DNA of 63,725 bases, counting the filler, from Thraustochytrium aureum (Eukaryota), in NCBI GenBank assembly GCA_012862495.1. It is 6 parts of 3 records of this genome, joined end to end, with 100 filler letters (N's around TTAATTAATTAA, not from the genome) between each part and the next. Parts side by side here need not be neighbours in the genome. Positions count along the whole stretch, not along the records: positions 44,281 to 58,232 come from BLSG01000444.1; 5 more parts are not named here. The stretch is one strand, 5' to 3'. Within the stretch, counting starts at the first letter, position 1. Every line of letters begins with the position of its first letter. Shown here piece after piece: positions 44,928 through 57,620 of this stretch. The notes below the pieces were generated by a model, which saw only the letters and a program-made list of their open reading frames with translations, made no database searches and was not told the DNA's origin. The position numbers and the translations under genes were made by a program.

Positions 44928-46058
44928 TCACCGAGCTCGCCGCCGCCGCAGCCGGTAGTTGCGGTGCAGCCAGACGAGGCCAAAGCAGCTCGCGCCGAAC
45001 GCGAGCCCCACAAGGTGCGCCGCGTGGTCCTTGCGGTCAATCGAGCCGGTCTCCAAGTATGCCGTCACCTCCTCTGCGATCATGCGGACTGTAAACACGC
45101 TCGACACAACCTCGGAGGACATTCGAAACGCCCAGTCCTCTCCAGAGAGGCTCTCGTCTGCTCTGCGGGACTGCGGCCGTGTTCCAAGCAACGCGCACGC
45201 GATGTTTTCTAAGGTGCTGCAAAAGTCAAACCCAAGCACGGCGCACAGGCCCGCGCTGCACCCAACATACTCGGAATAGTACGACACGTATGGTGCGACG
45301 GCCGAGGCGCCTGCACCGACCCCGTGGCTCCAAAACCTCCTCAAGCGCTCGCCCGCCGTCGCAGCGAGCGACTGGGCAGCCGCAGCAAGGTCTGTGGGGT
45401 CGAGGGCTGCGGCGCTGCCCGTGGCCGGCGAGATGTCAGGAAGCCGGAACATGCGTTTGATGGCATTGCGGTGCTGGTTGTCTTTTACTGCGCGCGGCGC
45501 GGACTTGTCTTGGGTCAGAGCGGGGCTCGTACCTTTGCAACGCAAAACGCAGTGTCACTCTCTCGCACAACTCGACTCACCGTTTCCAAAGTTGACAGTC
45601 CCGGCCACGCATCCGCCAAAAAAGGCAGACCACAGCGCCAGCGTGCCGTACTTGCCCTGGACCGACACTGCGCAAGGTATCAGCAGGATCACATTCGAAA
45701 ACAAGTGCGCCGTGCTCTCGTGCACGAACGCGTACGTCACCCTGGTCCACCACTTCGAGGACCCGCCGCCTCTCGGCGTGTAGACCAACTTGCCCCTGAG
45801 CTCGTCCACGCCAAGCGGCAGCGTCAGCGGCCTTCTCGGCTCGGTCCCTTGCGCCTCGCCCAGCGTCGGCACCAGCAACATGGGCACCACGATCGGCGCG
45901 AGGCCCAGCGCCTTGGCCCGAGACCGCCCATCGACCGCCAAGTCAGCCGCCGCGCCAATCCCATCGGCCAGGGCGAGCCAACAGCAGCCTCGGCCGCGCG
46001 AGCGGCACGCGGCGAGCCACTAGCGCAGCGCAATCCAGCCACTTACGAGCTGCTCCAT
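44928..46058 (-). CDS. Rhomboid-family intramembrane serine protease (3 exons)
   Basis: TYAFVHESTAHLFSN, YVGCSAG (GxS) and DHAAHLVGLAFG (catalytic His). First exon MEQL; intron 45912-46046; second intron from donor at about 45580 (GTGAGT). Confidence 0.8.
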
Positions 46059-48583
46059 CGGCGCCCGCTCAGCTGCCACGTTCGAGCGCCACGAGTCCAA
46101 GTGCCAAGCGAGACTACAACGATGTGCGAGTACGACAACAACAACAACAACAACATCACAATGACATTCATTGATTGACTTGGAGAGCTCGCTCGAGGAC
46201 ATACTCGAGTACAACTCTCAGCATCACGAGTACAGCTTCGGCTGGTGGATAGATAGGTATGGACGCGCAGCGCCCGGGTTCGTGCACCGTGCTCGATCGA
46301 TGGCTTGCCGTGCGAGAGTCCCGAGGTCAGCGTCGCGCTCGCGAGTTTGGCGCTGGTTGTGCTCGCGGTTCAACGTCGGGCGGCAGCTCGACCGCGCTGG
46401 GCTCTGATGAAATGCAGCGTCAAGAGGACGCCCGGAGCTGGCGCCGAACAACACGGGCGGTGTTTGCGGGCAATGGTCGAGATACGTCGGGGCGCATGGC
46501 GATGGCCGCAGCGAAATTGAGGAATGAGGATGCAGAGCCGGCCATCGCAACACGGTCAAGTTGGATGGCTCATCCTCGAGCGTGGTGGCAAGAGATCTGC
46601 AGATCCGAGGCGCCATCGCCACCTGGATAACGACAGTGGTCGGTTCGTCAAGGAAGCTGGTTGCAATGGCGAGCCGGCGGCGCTGTCCGCTCGCTCGTGC
46701 ACGGACACCAACGCGGAGGCCGACCAGCTCCTCGAGGTGTGGACAGGGGGGGGGAGGGGTGCATTCACGGCATGATGATGTTGCCGCAAGCACGTGCGTG
46801 GCGGCGTGAGCGGCCAGCGCAGCCTGCTGCCGTTGAACCGCGTTGACGAACGCCGCCTCGAGGAGGCCTTGTGGCGACAGTCGCTCGCTGGGTCCCAAGA
46901 TCAGCACGCATGAAGCAAGGTGCAAGGCGCTCACATGGGCCAAAGGGCGTGCACCGCACCCTGTTTGAGGTCGTGGACGACCTGCGCCGTACGCGAGCGC
47001 TCTAGAACTACGAGCACGTCGACGCCGATGACGCCGCCTCGAAAGGCTATTTTTGCAAGTCGAGGACCTTGCTGTCGCCTCTCAAGCCCATGGAGGACGT
47101 CGCGGCGCCCTCCGTTCGGCCGCTACTTTACGGTAAGCGCGGATGCTGTCACTGTGGTCTGCAGAATAGCCAATATGCGTCGCCTGAGCGCAGGCCAAGA
47201 CGCGTCCAACCAGGCCAATATCTTGGCCGAGATCGTGGTTCTGAAGAAACAAGTCTTCCTCCGGGCAAACAGAGCGGCATGGTCGGATAGTGGCAACCAC
47301 TGTGATTGCACTTAGATAATCTCCTCGTTCGTTCGTTCGACGAGTGGTTGGTGCCACGCCGTCGCGTTCGAGTTGGCCAAACTCCTCCCTGTTTTGCGTC
47401 TCGTAACTCTCGTTGCCTCGCGCCGGGCTGGGCCGGATCAAATCTAGCTGGGCAAGCAAGGCTCAGCCACGCGCTGAAGAGCACTCACTTCACGCCACCC
47501 GTTCAACGGATTTAATTACAAAAAGCTTCCTCACGCACAATAGCGTCTCNNNNNNNNNNNNNNNNNNNNNNNNNNNNNNNNNNNNNNNNNNNNNNNNNNN
47601 NNNNNNNNNNNNNNNNNNNNNNNNNNNNNNNNNNNNNNNNNNNNNNNNNNNNNNNNNNNNNNNNNNNNNNNNNNNNNNNNNNNNNNNNNNNNNNNNNNNN
47701 NNNNNNNNNNNNNNNNNNNNNNNNNNNNNNNNNNNNNNNNNNNNTCAGGGTGGCACTGCCATCATTCGAGGTTACTTACTGGTATAGTCTGCCATCGGGA
47801 TCGGGCTTCCAACGGTTCTGAAGAAAGGGCAGCAACGACAGACGCCCCCTTCGTCCAACCAACGTGTCACCTGATCTTGTTTGCGGAGCAACGAAATGGA
47901 ACACTTCAACGTAAACTTGCTTCATTCGTGACGTCCGCCCGAGCTTGCAAGCTCGGGATTCGGGGCGCGTTCGGTTTCGGACTCCTCAAGCGATTGCGAT
48001 TTCGAGACGAGATTTTGTGTAGTGGTGGTGCTTCTTTCGTTTGGTCTATACCTAGAACACGCACGCCGCCTTTGATCCAGTAAGACACCGCTAATAGCGA
48101 ACTGTGCCACGGTCGGGAGCGAATCGTTGACTTTATCGTTGAAATGTCGCCAAGGCGGGCTACCACAGACTAGACCACAACTCTTGCACTCACTGATCCC
48201 CAAACCCGGCGCTGCTCTCTCGCTACCGATTCGAGATTTGCGCGAGGGAAAAGGTCCAGTTGCAGATGAAACTGAAACATACAGCTCGTCGAATGCATGA
48301 TGACAAAAGCACATCAACGCTTAGCAACGCGCTTAAACGTAGTGCCCGACGTTTGCAGCTCCCTTTGTCACGACTGAGCATGAGTGAGCCTCCTACACAG
48401 CAGAAAACGGTGGACATGCATCGCAACGCAAGCAAGTTTGGCCGTTCCAGGAGCCGGCAGACACCGAACGCAAGTGGCCAAGGTCGACAAGCAACTCCTG
48501 CCCGCGTTTTAAGCACAACATAGAGAACCGAAGAGCAAGCGTGCTCTCGTGCAATCAAACAAGGACGACAACACACCACCAAG

Positions 48584-51500
48584 ATGCGCGGCATCCTGGC
48601 CAAGCTCGCAGCCTTCGCGGCCGTGGCGAGCTGCCCCCTGGCCGACGCACGCATCCCGCCTCCTGGAGGCTTTGACCCGTCTCGGCCGAACTGGGCCTTC
48701 CCAGTGACCCCGCGCGAGTCCCCGCCCTCCTCTGGGTTCACGGTTGGGTTTCCCGGAAATTATGCCACGAGCCTGGGCACGCCCGGCGCAGACTGGACCC
48801 CCGCAGAGCCGGTGGTCCAGGCCACCGATCCCGACGGCGACGGCGTCTTCTCGCTTGTACTAGACTCCCTGCCTCAGGGAAGCTACGAGTTTAAGGCTGC
48901 GCTCAATGGGGGCTGGGTCGTCAACTTTGGTTCTGGCTCGACGATGGGTGGGCCCAACATCGTGTTTGAGGTGGCAAGCGACAACGAGCGCGTCGAGCTC
49001 TTCTACAACCGCAACAACAACCAAGTGCAGGCTTCAACGAACACCATGCCCATACTGATGGGCGACTTTATGGCCCCCGCAGGCTACGGCGCCGCGAACG
49101 CGTCCAACCTCGTGGGCTGGATGGGGACCTACGAAACCAAGGGCGTCTACCAAACCGTTTTGCACGTCCCCCAAGGCGTTTGGGAGTACCAGATCGGCTT
49201 TTACGGCGAGGAATCCACCGTCGGCTGTGCAGGGACCCCTTTCAATGTCCCGCTGTACGTCTCCGCTGCCGCTGGGGTTGATGTTGTCTTTGTCTTCGAC
49301 GCCGAGACCAAGCAGATCTTACGACTCGGTCAACGGCGTTCTGCCTGTGCTCGGGAGCCCCACATCGCTCGCAGCGGGCATCCCCGTGCTGCCCAGTACC
49401 ACGGCTGCAAGGGTAGTCTCCTTCCCGGGGGCGTACGTCACCGAGATCGGTGGTGCCAACTGGTCGCCGGGGGACGCGGCGTGCCGCGCCACCGACGCGG
49501 ATGGCGACAACGTCTACGAGCTCCAGGTGCCCTTCCCGCGGGCTCGTACGAGTTCAAGGCCGCCATCGACGGAGACTGGGCCGAAAACTACGGCGTTTCC
49601 GCGCAGCTCGGCGGGCCCAACATCGTCCTCAGCGTCGAGGTGGACAACGAACCGATCACGCTGCTCTTCGACTCGCACCACAACTACGTCGCCAGCACCA
49701 AGGACGTCATCCCCGTAGTCGTCGGCGACTTTATGGCGCCTGCAGGCTACGGTGCCGCAAACTCGTCCAACCTGCGCGGCTGGATGAAGGCCTTCGCCGG
49801 CGACGACGTCTACTCGACGATGCTTCACATCCCACAAGGGTCGTGGTCGTACAGGATCGGATTCTTCGGCTCGCCCCTCGAGGAGGNNNNNNNNNNNNNN
49901 NNNNNNNNNNNNNNNNNNNNNNNNNNNNNNNNNNNNNNNNNNNNNNNNNNNNNNNNNNNNNNNNNNNNNNNNNNNNNNNNNNNNNNNNNNNNNNNNNNNN
50001 NNNNNNNNNNNNNNNNNNNNNNNNNNNNNNNNNNNNNNNNNNNNNNNNNNNNNNNNNNNNNNNNNNNNNNNNNNNNNNNNNNNNNNNNNNNNNNNNNNNN
50101 NNNNNNNNNNNNNNNNNNNNNNNNNNNNNNNNNNNNNNNNNNNNNNNNNNNNNNNNNNNNNNNNNNNNNNNNNNNNNNNNNNNNNNNNNNNNNNNNNNNN
50201 NNNNNNNNNNNNNNNNNNNNNNNNNNNNNNNNNNNNNNNNNNNNNNNNNNNNNNNNNNNNNNNNNNNNNNNNNNNNNNNNNNNNNNNNNNNNNNNNNNNN
50301 NNNNNNNTGGCCGTCGGCTTTGCTGGGACCCCCTTTCACATTCCTCTCGTTGTTACTGACCCGGCAGGGCTCGACGTGGTCTTTTTGTACGACGACAGTT
50401 CGCGGTCCACCGGCGACTCGGTGAACGGCGTGCGCGAGGTGCTGGGCACGCCGGTCACTTGGAGTTTCACAGCAGCCACAAAGCCAGCCTCGCCTGCACC
50501 TGCGTTTAGCAGCACGGTTGGCTTCCCTGGCAACTACGTTGCGCTGCTCGGCGGCGCAGACTGGACGCCAGGCTCTTCCGCATGCCAGGCCACAGACCTT
50601 GACTCTGATGGCGTGTACACGCTCGAAATCAACACTCTTCCCGTCGGCTCGTACGAGTTCAAGGCCGCTCTTGACGGTGGGTGGGCCGAAAACTACGGCG
50701 CGTCGTCCCAACACGGCGGCCCCAATTTGCTGCTCAAGATCGAGCAAGATAATGACCCAGTCACGCTGCTATTCGACACGACGACCAACTTTGTGGCAAG
50801 CACCCAGGACCTCTTGCCTGTGGTCATCGGCGACTTTAACGACGCCGCCGGCTATGGAAACAACTGGAACGCGAGTTCGCTCACCTCGTGGATGCAAAAC
50901 TTTGGCGGCGACGACGTCTACGTCGCGACACTCGCCGTGCCCGAGGGGCAGTGGGAGTACGTGGTCGGCTTTTACGGCGAGCCAGAGCTCACCGTCGGAG
51001 CGGGCGGGCCCATGACCAACTCGCGCGTTCCGCTGACCTTGATCGTGCCCGCGGGCGGCGCGGACGTGACCTTCGTGTACCAGGTCTCCACCAACATCGT
51101 GGGTGACAGCATCGGCGGCTACGCCGCTGTTGGTTGCAAGGTGCAATGCCGGAACAGCGGGGTCTGCAAGGGGTCCACCTGCGAGTGCCCCACCCAGTTT
51201 GCTGGCGCGCTCTGCGAGATCCAAACCCACTACAATCCCGACTGCACTGCCACGCTCACCGAGGACGACGCTGTCGCGCCCTGGAGAGCCTGCGCCAACA
51301 ACTGCACAACTGGCTACGTCGGGATTCAGTGCACGCTTCGAAACAACGCGCTCGAGAATGGGGACTGCCGCCCGGGCTGGTCCGGCCCAGAGTGCATGAC
51401 GCGCAAGCCCATCGGCGGCGGGTCGTCACTCCAGCTCGACCTGGGCTCAAAGGCCCAGCCCTGGGGCACCCAGCCCGTGCACCCCAACGTTCTCTATCCC

Positions 51501-54500
51501 TTCCCCGCGATGCTGCGGGCCCCCATCTCTGTCAAGGGCGGCAAGTGGGGGCGCTTCTTTTCCTGCATGAAGTCGGAAACCGGCGAGAACCTCGACCCGT
51601 TTCGGTGGATGCGAACGCTCGAGATGTGGACGTTCTTCCCAAAGAAGCAAACTACCGAGTTCGAGCAAGGGACAGAGGACGAGTACGGATACATCGACCT
51701 GGTCAAAACGTGCGGCATGGAATACTCGCTGCTGTACGACGGAAATGGGCGCTTCAAGCTCTCCCTTGACCTTGGTCGCGAGCTTAACATTCCGACGCTC
51801 AACGTTCTGACAGAGTCGGGCAACCTTGCAGCCAACGGGCCGTCGCCGTGGCACACCGTCGACCCCAACACGTGGCACCACATTGCGCTCGTGCTCGACT
51901 ATGAAGGCGTTCCGGGCGACGCGATCCGGATCCTGTTTTACGTCGACGGCGAGCTCCAGTACTCGACAGCCACGCCGTTCGGGTCGCGATCAGCCTCGAC
52001 GCCGAACAAGCCCGGCTCGGGCTGGTGCTCAGACGACTTTAAGGAGGTGATGATTGGAGCCCGAAAGGCGCGCTCCTCGGACAGCTCCAACTGGCAGTGG
52101 ACCAAGCCTGTTGTGGATGAGGTGCGCATGTGGACGGTGGCGCGCCAGCCAGCCGAGCTGCGCGAGACCATGTTTCGCGCCCTCAGCGAGGACGAGCTGG
52201 ACGAGCGCAACACGCTGATCGCGCCGGGGGTCCCAAAGTGCTTCGTGTACCTCCCGTTCAACACGATGGACAAAAAGTACGAGGCCATCGGGAGCCGCGG
52301 AATGGCCACGGCGCCCTTCCTTAACCAAGCGCGCCCCGTCTCGCTCTCCTCGGCCCCTGGGTCGCAGTACGCCAGCGCTTCAGACCCGGACTTTGAGCCG
52401 TCGAACGCGCAGCTCTACTTCCAGGCGCTGGACCCCCGCGAGGACACCTTCATGTCCCAGCGCCTGCTCAACAACATCGTCGAGTCCGCCAACCCCGCCG
52501 CTCCAGTTCCCGTGGTCGGCCACGACCAGGAGGTCTTTGCCAATGAAAACGAGGCGACGGCGTTCACGCTGGACGCCGGAGTCTCGGTGGCAACCGCTGG
52601 CTACTCCAACTGGACCTGCGACGACCCCGACTCGTGCGAGCTGCCGATTGATGCCGACCTGAGCTTTTCGCCGGTGACGCTCGCGAGCCGCCTCGAGGAG
52701 ACAGAGCGCCAGGCCGTCAAACTCCGGATCACCTCGATCACGTTCCATAGCGGCCTCGCGGGGACCTTGACGTTGCCTTCGGGCGCCAAAGCCGAGGTAA
52801 ACAGCACCCTCCTCCCCGGAGNNNNNNNNNNNNNNNNNNNNNNNNNNNNNNNNNNNNNNNNNNNNNNNNNNNNNNNNNNNNNNNNNNNCGGAGCTCGAGT
52901 ACAGCATCGTCGACAGCCGGCAGCCTGGGCTGAACGAAACGTCCGGGACAGGCCACGTGACGATCAAGGTGATCGAGCACCCCAAGCCTGTGGTTGGGCC
53001 CAGCGGAAAGGCGCTAAAGTGCTCGGGGGGCGCCTCCACGCTTCGGCAGCCGCAGTGGGCCGCCGCGACGAAGGCAGAGATCAACCCGGCCAAGCAAGAC
53101 TTTACCCTGTCGATGTGGTTCTTGTCGATCCAGAACCAGCAAGAGCTCCTGTACAGCAACGTCAACCTTGGCGGGGCCATCTTTGACTTTGGCTCTGGCA
53201 ACGGAGTGCAGGTCCCGGAGCTGCGCATGTTCTACCGTGCCGGCGATATGTTGCGCTACAGCTTCATGGACAGCATGTACCAGGTTGGGTACACCGCAAC
53301 CAACGGAGCGACGTACAAGTGGACGCACCTGGCCATGGTCGGGGAAAAGCCCGCCACGGCGGGCGGTCCTATCACGCTACGCGTCTATTTTGATGGAGGT
53401 CTCTTCGAGGAGCGCTCGATTGCCTCCAAGTTTTCTGACGCGTCCGTGTTCAAGGGGCTCTTCCTGTGCCCGTCGTGGGGCATCGATGCGGACAAGCACG
53501 CGCTCCAAGGCTGGGAGGGCTTCATTGACGAAGTGAGGCTGTCGACACGGGCGCTGAGCGCGGCCGAGATCCGCGACACCATGTTCCGAACGCTGGACCC
53601 CGTCACAGACAGCGAGCTCTTTGAGAGTATGGTGGGCTACTGGACGTTCGAGAACGACCAGGAGGGCGCCGCGGTCGAAACCGACCTCTCCGGAAAAGCC
53701 AACCACATGATCCTGGGCGACTGCTCCGAAGCTGCCATGCGCACGTCGGCCCAGCGGAGCGTGTGCGGGGGGTCCGAGGTCGTTTCTGTCGTTGGCGAGG
53801 GCGCCCAAGCCCTCCAAGTTGCCGTCTCACCGTCGCACCTTCGCCCGCGGGTCGCAACGCCTGTGATTGGGTCGCCCGTGCGCGTCCGGAGCGCCAAAGA
53901 GATTGTCGCGCTTGACCCGGGCGAGCAGCTGCTAGTGTGGCTTGACGGCGGCCTGCCGTGGATGCTCAATTGCTCGATGGCGCAGGAGAGCAGCGAGGTA
54001 GCAAGGATGCATCCGTTGGAGCGAACGCAGTGCGCAGCCCCCCGCTCGACCGACGTCAAGGCTTTGTCCATCGATCTGGACGTGCTCGCCGAGTCCTCTG
54101 CGTTGACGTTGATGCAGGTGGACGGCACTCTGATCTCTAGCGCCGGTCCAGTGCTCAGCGCCCCGGGCCACATCAAGGTCGCCAGCGACAGCGCTGGCGA
54201 CATTGGCGGGTTCCCGTTGGTGAGCTTTAGCTACTCTGTTTATGACGGCGTCGAGCGCTCGCGGTCCCAGACAGTGGAGGTGCGCCTCAAGTGCCCGGCA
54301 GGCAAGCGTCTCGACCAGGCCGCTAAAAAGTGCTTTGCGTGCCAAGAGGACTCATACCAGCAACTGCCCTCGTTCGAAACGAGCTGCTGTGATGTCGCAG
54401 AGCCAGCCGCGGGCTGCTTTGTTTGCGCTCCAACGACAACGCCAGAGGTTCTGGAGAATCGTACCTTGTCCTGTTTCTGCGAATCCCTGAACAGCGCGTT

Positions 54501-55500
54501 CGAGCCTTTCCCGACGGTGGCGGCAGCTGCCAGCTTTGGCGGCTGCCCCCCCGTGGAGAACCGCAACATGGGCCGTGTGTTCAAGACCTTTGGGACGCTC
54601 CTGTTCGTGTTTAACTTTGGTTTTGGGCTTGTGTGCTTGATCTGGACTCTCCGCAATCGTACCAAGCAGGTGGTCAGGTTCAGCCAGCCCATCTTCCTTG
54701 CGATGATTGCGCTGGGGGGCATGATCTCGTCGACCACGTTGCTGGCAATCGTCAAGGACGACTCCAATGACGCGGAGGGCCTGGCCTACACGGGAGGCTA
54801 CGCACCGGCAAACACCGGCTGCATGGCCTCGATCTGGCTGTACGGGACGGGATACATTGTGGTGAACGCGCCGCTGCTGTGCAAGCTGTACCGCGTCGAA
54901 AAGCTCTTCAACAACAAAAAGTTCAAGCGCATCAAAATCAGCAACGCCATGCTGTTCAAGGTCATCTGCGGGCTCCTCCTGGTCGAGTGGACCATCATCG
55001 CGATGTGGACGGCGCTGAGCCCGCTAAAGTACGAGCGCCTCATCATCTCCACGGACAAGTTTGGGTACACGGTCTCCTCGGGCGGGTTTTGCAGGTCCGA
55101 CAACTCTTCGCCCTTCCTGGTGGCCGTCTTCGGCCTGCACTTTGCCCTGGCCTTGTATGGCGCGGTCTTGTGCTACCGGGCGCGCAACATCGACACGACG
55201 TACAGCGAGTCCAAGTACGTGAGCGTGGCCCAGATAAGTGCTCTCCAGGTGCTCTTCATCGCGGCTCCCGTCCTGGTCATCGTCGCGGACAACCCGACGT
55301 CCAACGTCTTCATCCGGTGCTGCGTGCTCTTCCTCAACGACCTCTCTGCGATGAGCTTCATTTTCGTCCCCAAGATGCTCCTCGTGCGCGCAGGCGCCAC
55401 AACGACATCCAACTCTGACAGTGGCAGGCACGCGTCAATCACGACCACGATGGGCCCGAGCGTAGTGGCGCCTGCCTCGACAACGACAACCCTAACCTGA
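48584..55500 (+). CDS. Giant class C (GABA-B-like) GPCR: signal peptide, pullulanase X25-like repeats, EGF, 2x LamG/ConA, Ig/cadherin-like, Cys-rich, 7TM
   Basis: Three repeats starting (T/V)V(G/S)FPG(N/A)Y...DWxP...ATDxDxDxV...LPxGSYEFKAA...W..N(F/Y)G...GGPN; EGF CRNSGVC...CECP; LamG WHHIALV...FYVDG and WTHLAMV...FIDEVRLS; 7tm_3 SQPIFL, CKLYRV, RNI...SESKY, FIFVPKM. Interrupted by indels (about 49320, 49530) and gaps 49887-50307 and 52822-52888. Confidence 0.8.
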
Positions 55501-56133
55501 TTGGCCACCGCGTCAACTCGTGACAGCAAGCAGCCGCCAAACAAGACCAAATCATTTTTATTTGCAAGCCGACTCGCCGCGTTCCTGCGAGCGATCGACC
55601 AGAACACGGTGGCACGAGGCAACCACGGCCATCTGTTTGCAGCCGCATTCACGGGTCCGTCGCTGCCCCTGCCGAATGATGACAGCAAAAGTGTGAATGT
55701 GCAACATCCAACGGATAGCTTTCTCCCTTTTTTGGTTGATTTTTTTCAATTGAATCGCTTCCAGGAGACCGTGGCCGTAGAAGTTTGGCCCCGGCGTCGC
55801 GGTTTAGCCTGAGATCGACCGTCGATGAGCTGCCAGCTGCGCTGCGCTATCTTCAGACGGCTGCGATAGCCGTTTAGAGCGTCTTGCGAGACGGACGAGA
55901 CGTTGAGACCGTTGACTCCAGGTCTCTCCACTTACGCGACCCTCGTTGTCGCCGATGTCTGGTCTACATGGTCGCGCACGGGGCGAATGCGCATGCAATG
56001 CTCGATCAATCGAAGACACCGACCTCAGCTGGGCGCAGTAGCGCGACGCTCAATTTGCAGCAAAGGTTTCGGACCAACGCTGGTGGTGCTCGCCGGCTTG
56101 CTCGGCAGGCATAGATTGCCCCAGCTGCGACGG

Positions 56134-57519
56134 ATGGACCAAGCGCCAGAGCCAGCGCGCGATGCGCTTCTCGCAATGCAGGTGGCCGAGATGGAGCGCA
56201 ACTTGACTATGGCGGCAGAATTCGGCCAAGTGCTACTCCGCGAGAACGAGACGCTAAAGCAGCGGAACGGCGAACTCGCGCGGGAGCTCGCCAGCGAGGC
56301 CGGAGAGCGCCGACAGCTGGAGGAGTTTGCCAGGCGGCAGCAAGCCAACCAAACTGCCAAGCTGAAGGAAGCCCTCTCACAGATCAGCCTGCTTGAACGC
56401 ACGGTGCGCGACCTCGAGGACGAGCTCAACCGCTTCAGGTGCCACGCGGCCAAATCTTCAACGCCGGGAAAGGCAGCCGCGCGCACGCAAGCCCGGACCG
56501 GTACCGCCCCGCAATGGAGCTGCGAGATTCAGATGCATGAATCAAAGTGGGACGATGAGTCAAGAGCAACAAAGGAAGAGCTTGCCGTCGCAAGGTCCCA
56601 GGTCGTTGAGCTGCAAGCAGAACTGAAGGACAGGATCGACACCTGCAATGGGTTTGAGCAGAGCGCCAAGCTCCGAGAGCAAATGATCCGCTCAGCCAAA
56701 GCCGAATCCGAACGTCTCGCCAAGAGCCTTGCTCTTGCCGTTGCACAGCTCGCGCAGCGCCACGACCTCGAGGTTGTCGTTGGAAACCTTACTCGGGCCA
56801 ACCACGAGCTGCGAAACGAACTCGAGGAAACGCAGCAGATTTTGGGCGAGCTGCGCCGCGCTGCGGCAAGGAGCCCGATTCGGAACAGTGGGCAGCATTC
56901 CATAGGGAGGGCCGAAAGTCTATCCAGCCTGTACGACGAGCTTGCGGGGGTCGCGGACGGCGAGGAGGAAAAGGCCATCCGAGGCAACCGAGCCGGCGCC
57001 CGTCTTGATCTAGACCCCGAGCGCGGCCCAGAGAGCGACGAGGCGAAGAGCGAGTGCTCTGCGTTGGACGAAGACCAGGGTGACGAGCAAAGCAAGCTCA
57101 ACTCCATGCCCGGGAATGAAAAGCAACAACGGCCGGGACTGGCGAGGCCTCAAGAGCAGGCCCGCAAAAAGGCCAACAGGTTTGACGACGATCCGATGTT
57201 TTTCCACTTCCACATGACGGTGCAGTCTGTGCGAATCCGCATGGACAAGCTGCTCGGATTTGGCGCCGGTATCGGTTCGCAAGCGGCACTCTCCACGGAG
57301 GCGCTCTACGAGAACGCGATCTCAATTGGCGTTCCGTTCTTTGAGTTTAACGAATTTGTGCAGACTGCATACCAGGCAGAGCTTGAGCGGCACTTTGCGG
57401 AGGAACCTGCAGAATCACCAGCGCTCCGAGAGGCTGTCAAGCTCCTCCGCGCCGGCGCCATCTCAATTGACGAGTACGACCAGATCATGCAGGCGGACGA
57501 GCGACTGAAGTGCGCATAA
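56134..57519 (+). CDS. Coiled-coil protein with an N-terminal CC1-box-like motif
   Basis: ATG 56134; ERNLTMAAEFGQVLLRENETL followed by long heptads; small helical C-terminal domain (LYENAISIGVPFFEF) and GAISIDEY tail. Confidence 0.75.
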   Translation: MDQAPEPARDALLAMQVAEMERNLTMAAEFGQVLLRENETLKQRNGELARELASEAGERRQLEEFARRQQANQTAKLKEALSQISLLERTVRDLEDELNRFRCHAAKSSTPGKAAARTQARTGTAPQWSCEIQMHESKWDDESRATKEELAVARSQVVELQAELKDRIDTCNGFEQSAKLREQMIRSAKAESERLAKSLALAVAQLAQRHDLEVVVGNLTRANHELRNELEETQQILGELRRAAARSPIRNSGQHSIGRAESLSSLYDELAGVADGEEEKAIRGNRAGARLDLDPERGPESDEAKSECSALDEDQGDEQSKLNSMPGNEKQQRPGLARPQEQARKKANRFDDDPMFFHFHMTVQSVRIRMDKLLGFGAGIGSQAALSTEALYENAISIGVPFFEFNEFVQTAYQAELERHFAEEPAESPALREAVKLLRAGAISIDEYDQIMQADERLKCA

Positions 57520-57620
57520 CGGGATGTTTCTTTAACGAGGTGCCTGTTCTCCGTCTCGGTAAGCGGCGCACAAGCCAAGCTGCCAAGGTGCTATTGCGGC
57601 CCTGCTGCGCGGCCCTTGCT

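Noticed and set aside
46171..48520. Short ORFs between the rhomboid and the GPCR (including an LSDH motif)
   Set aside because: No coherent domain; an isolated SDH is insufficient for an endonuclease/phosphatase call.
52817..52893. False-gap overlap (CGGAG) in the GPCR
   Set aside because: Only 5 nt, and merging gives the wrong reading frame, so it is treated as a real gap.
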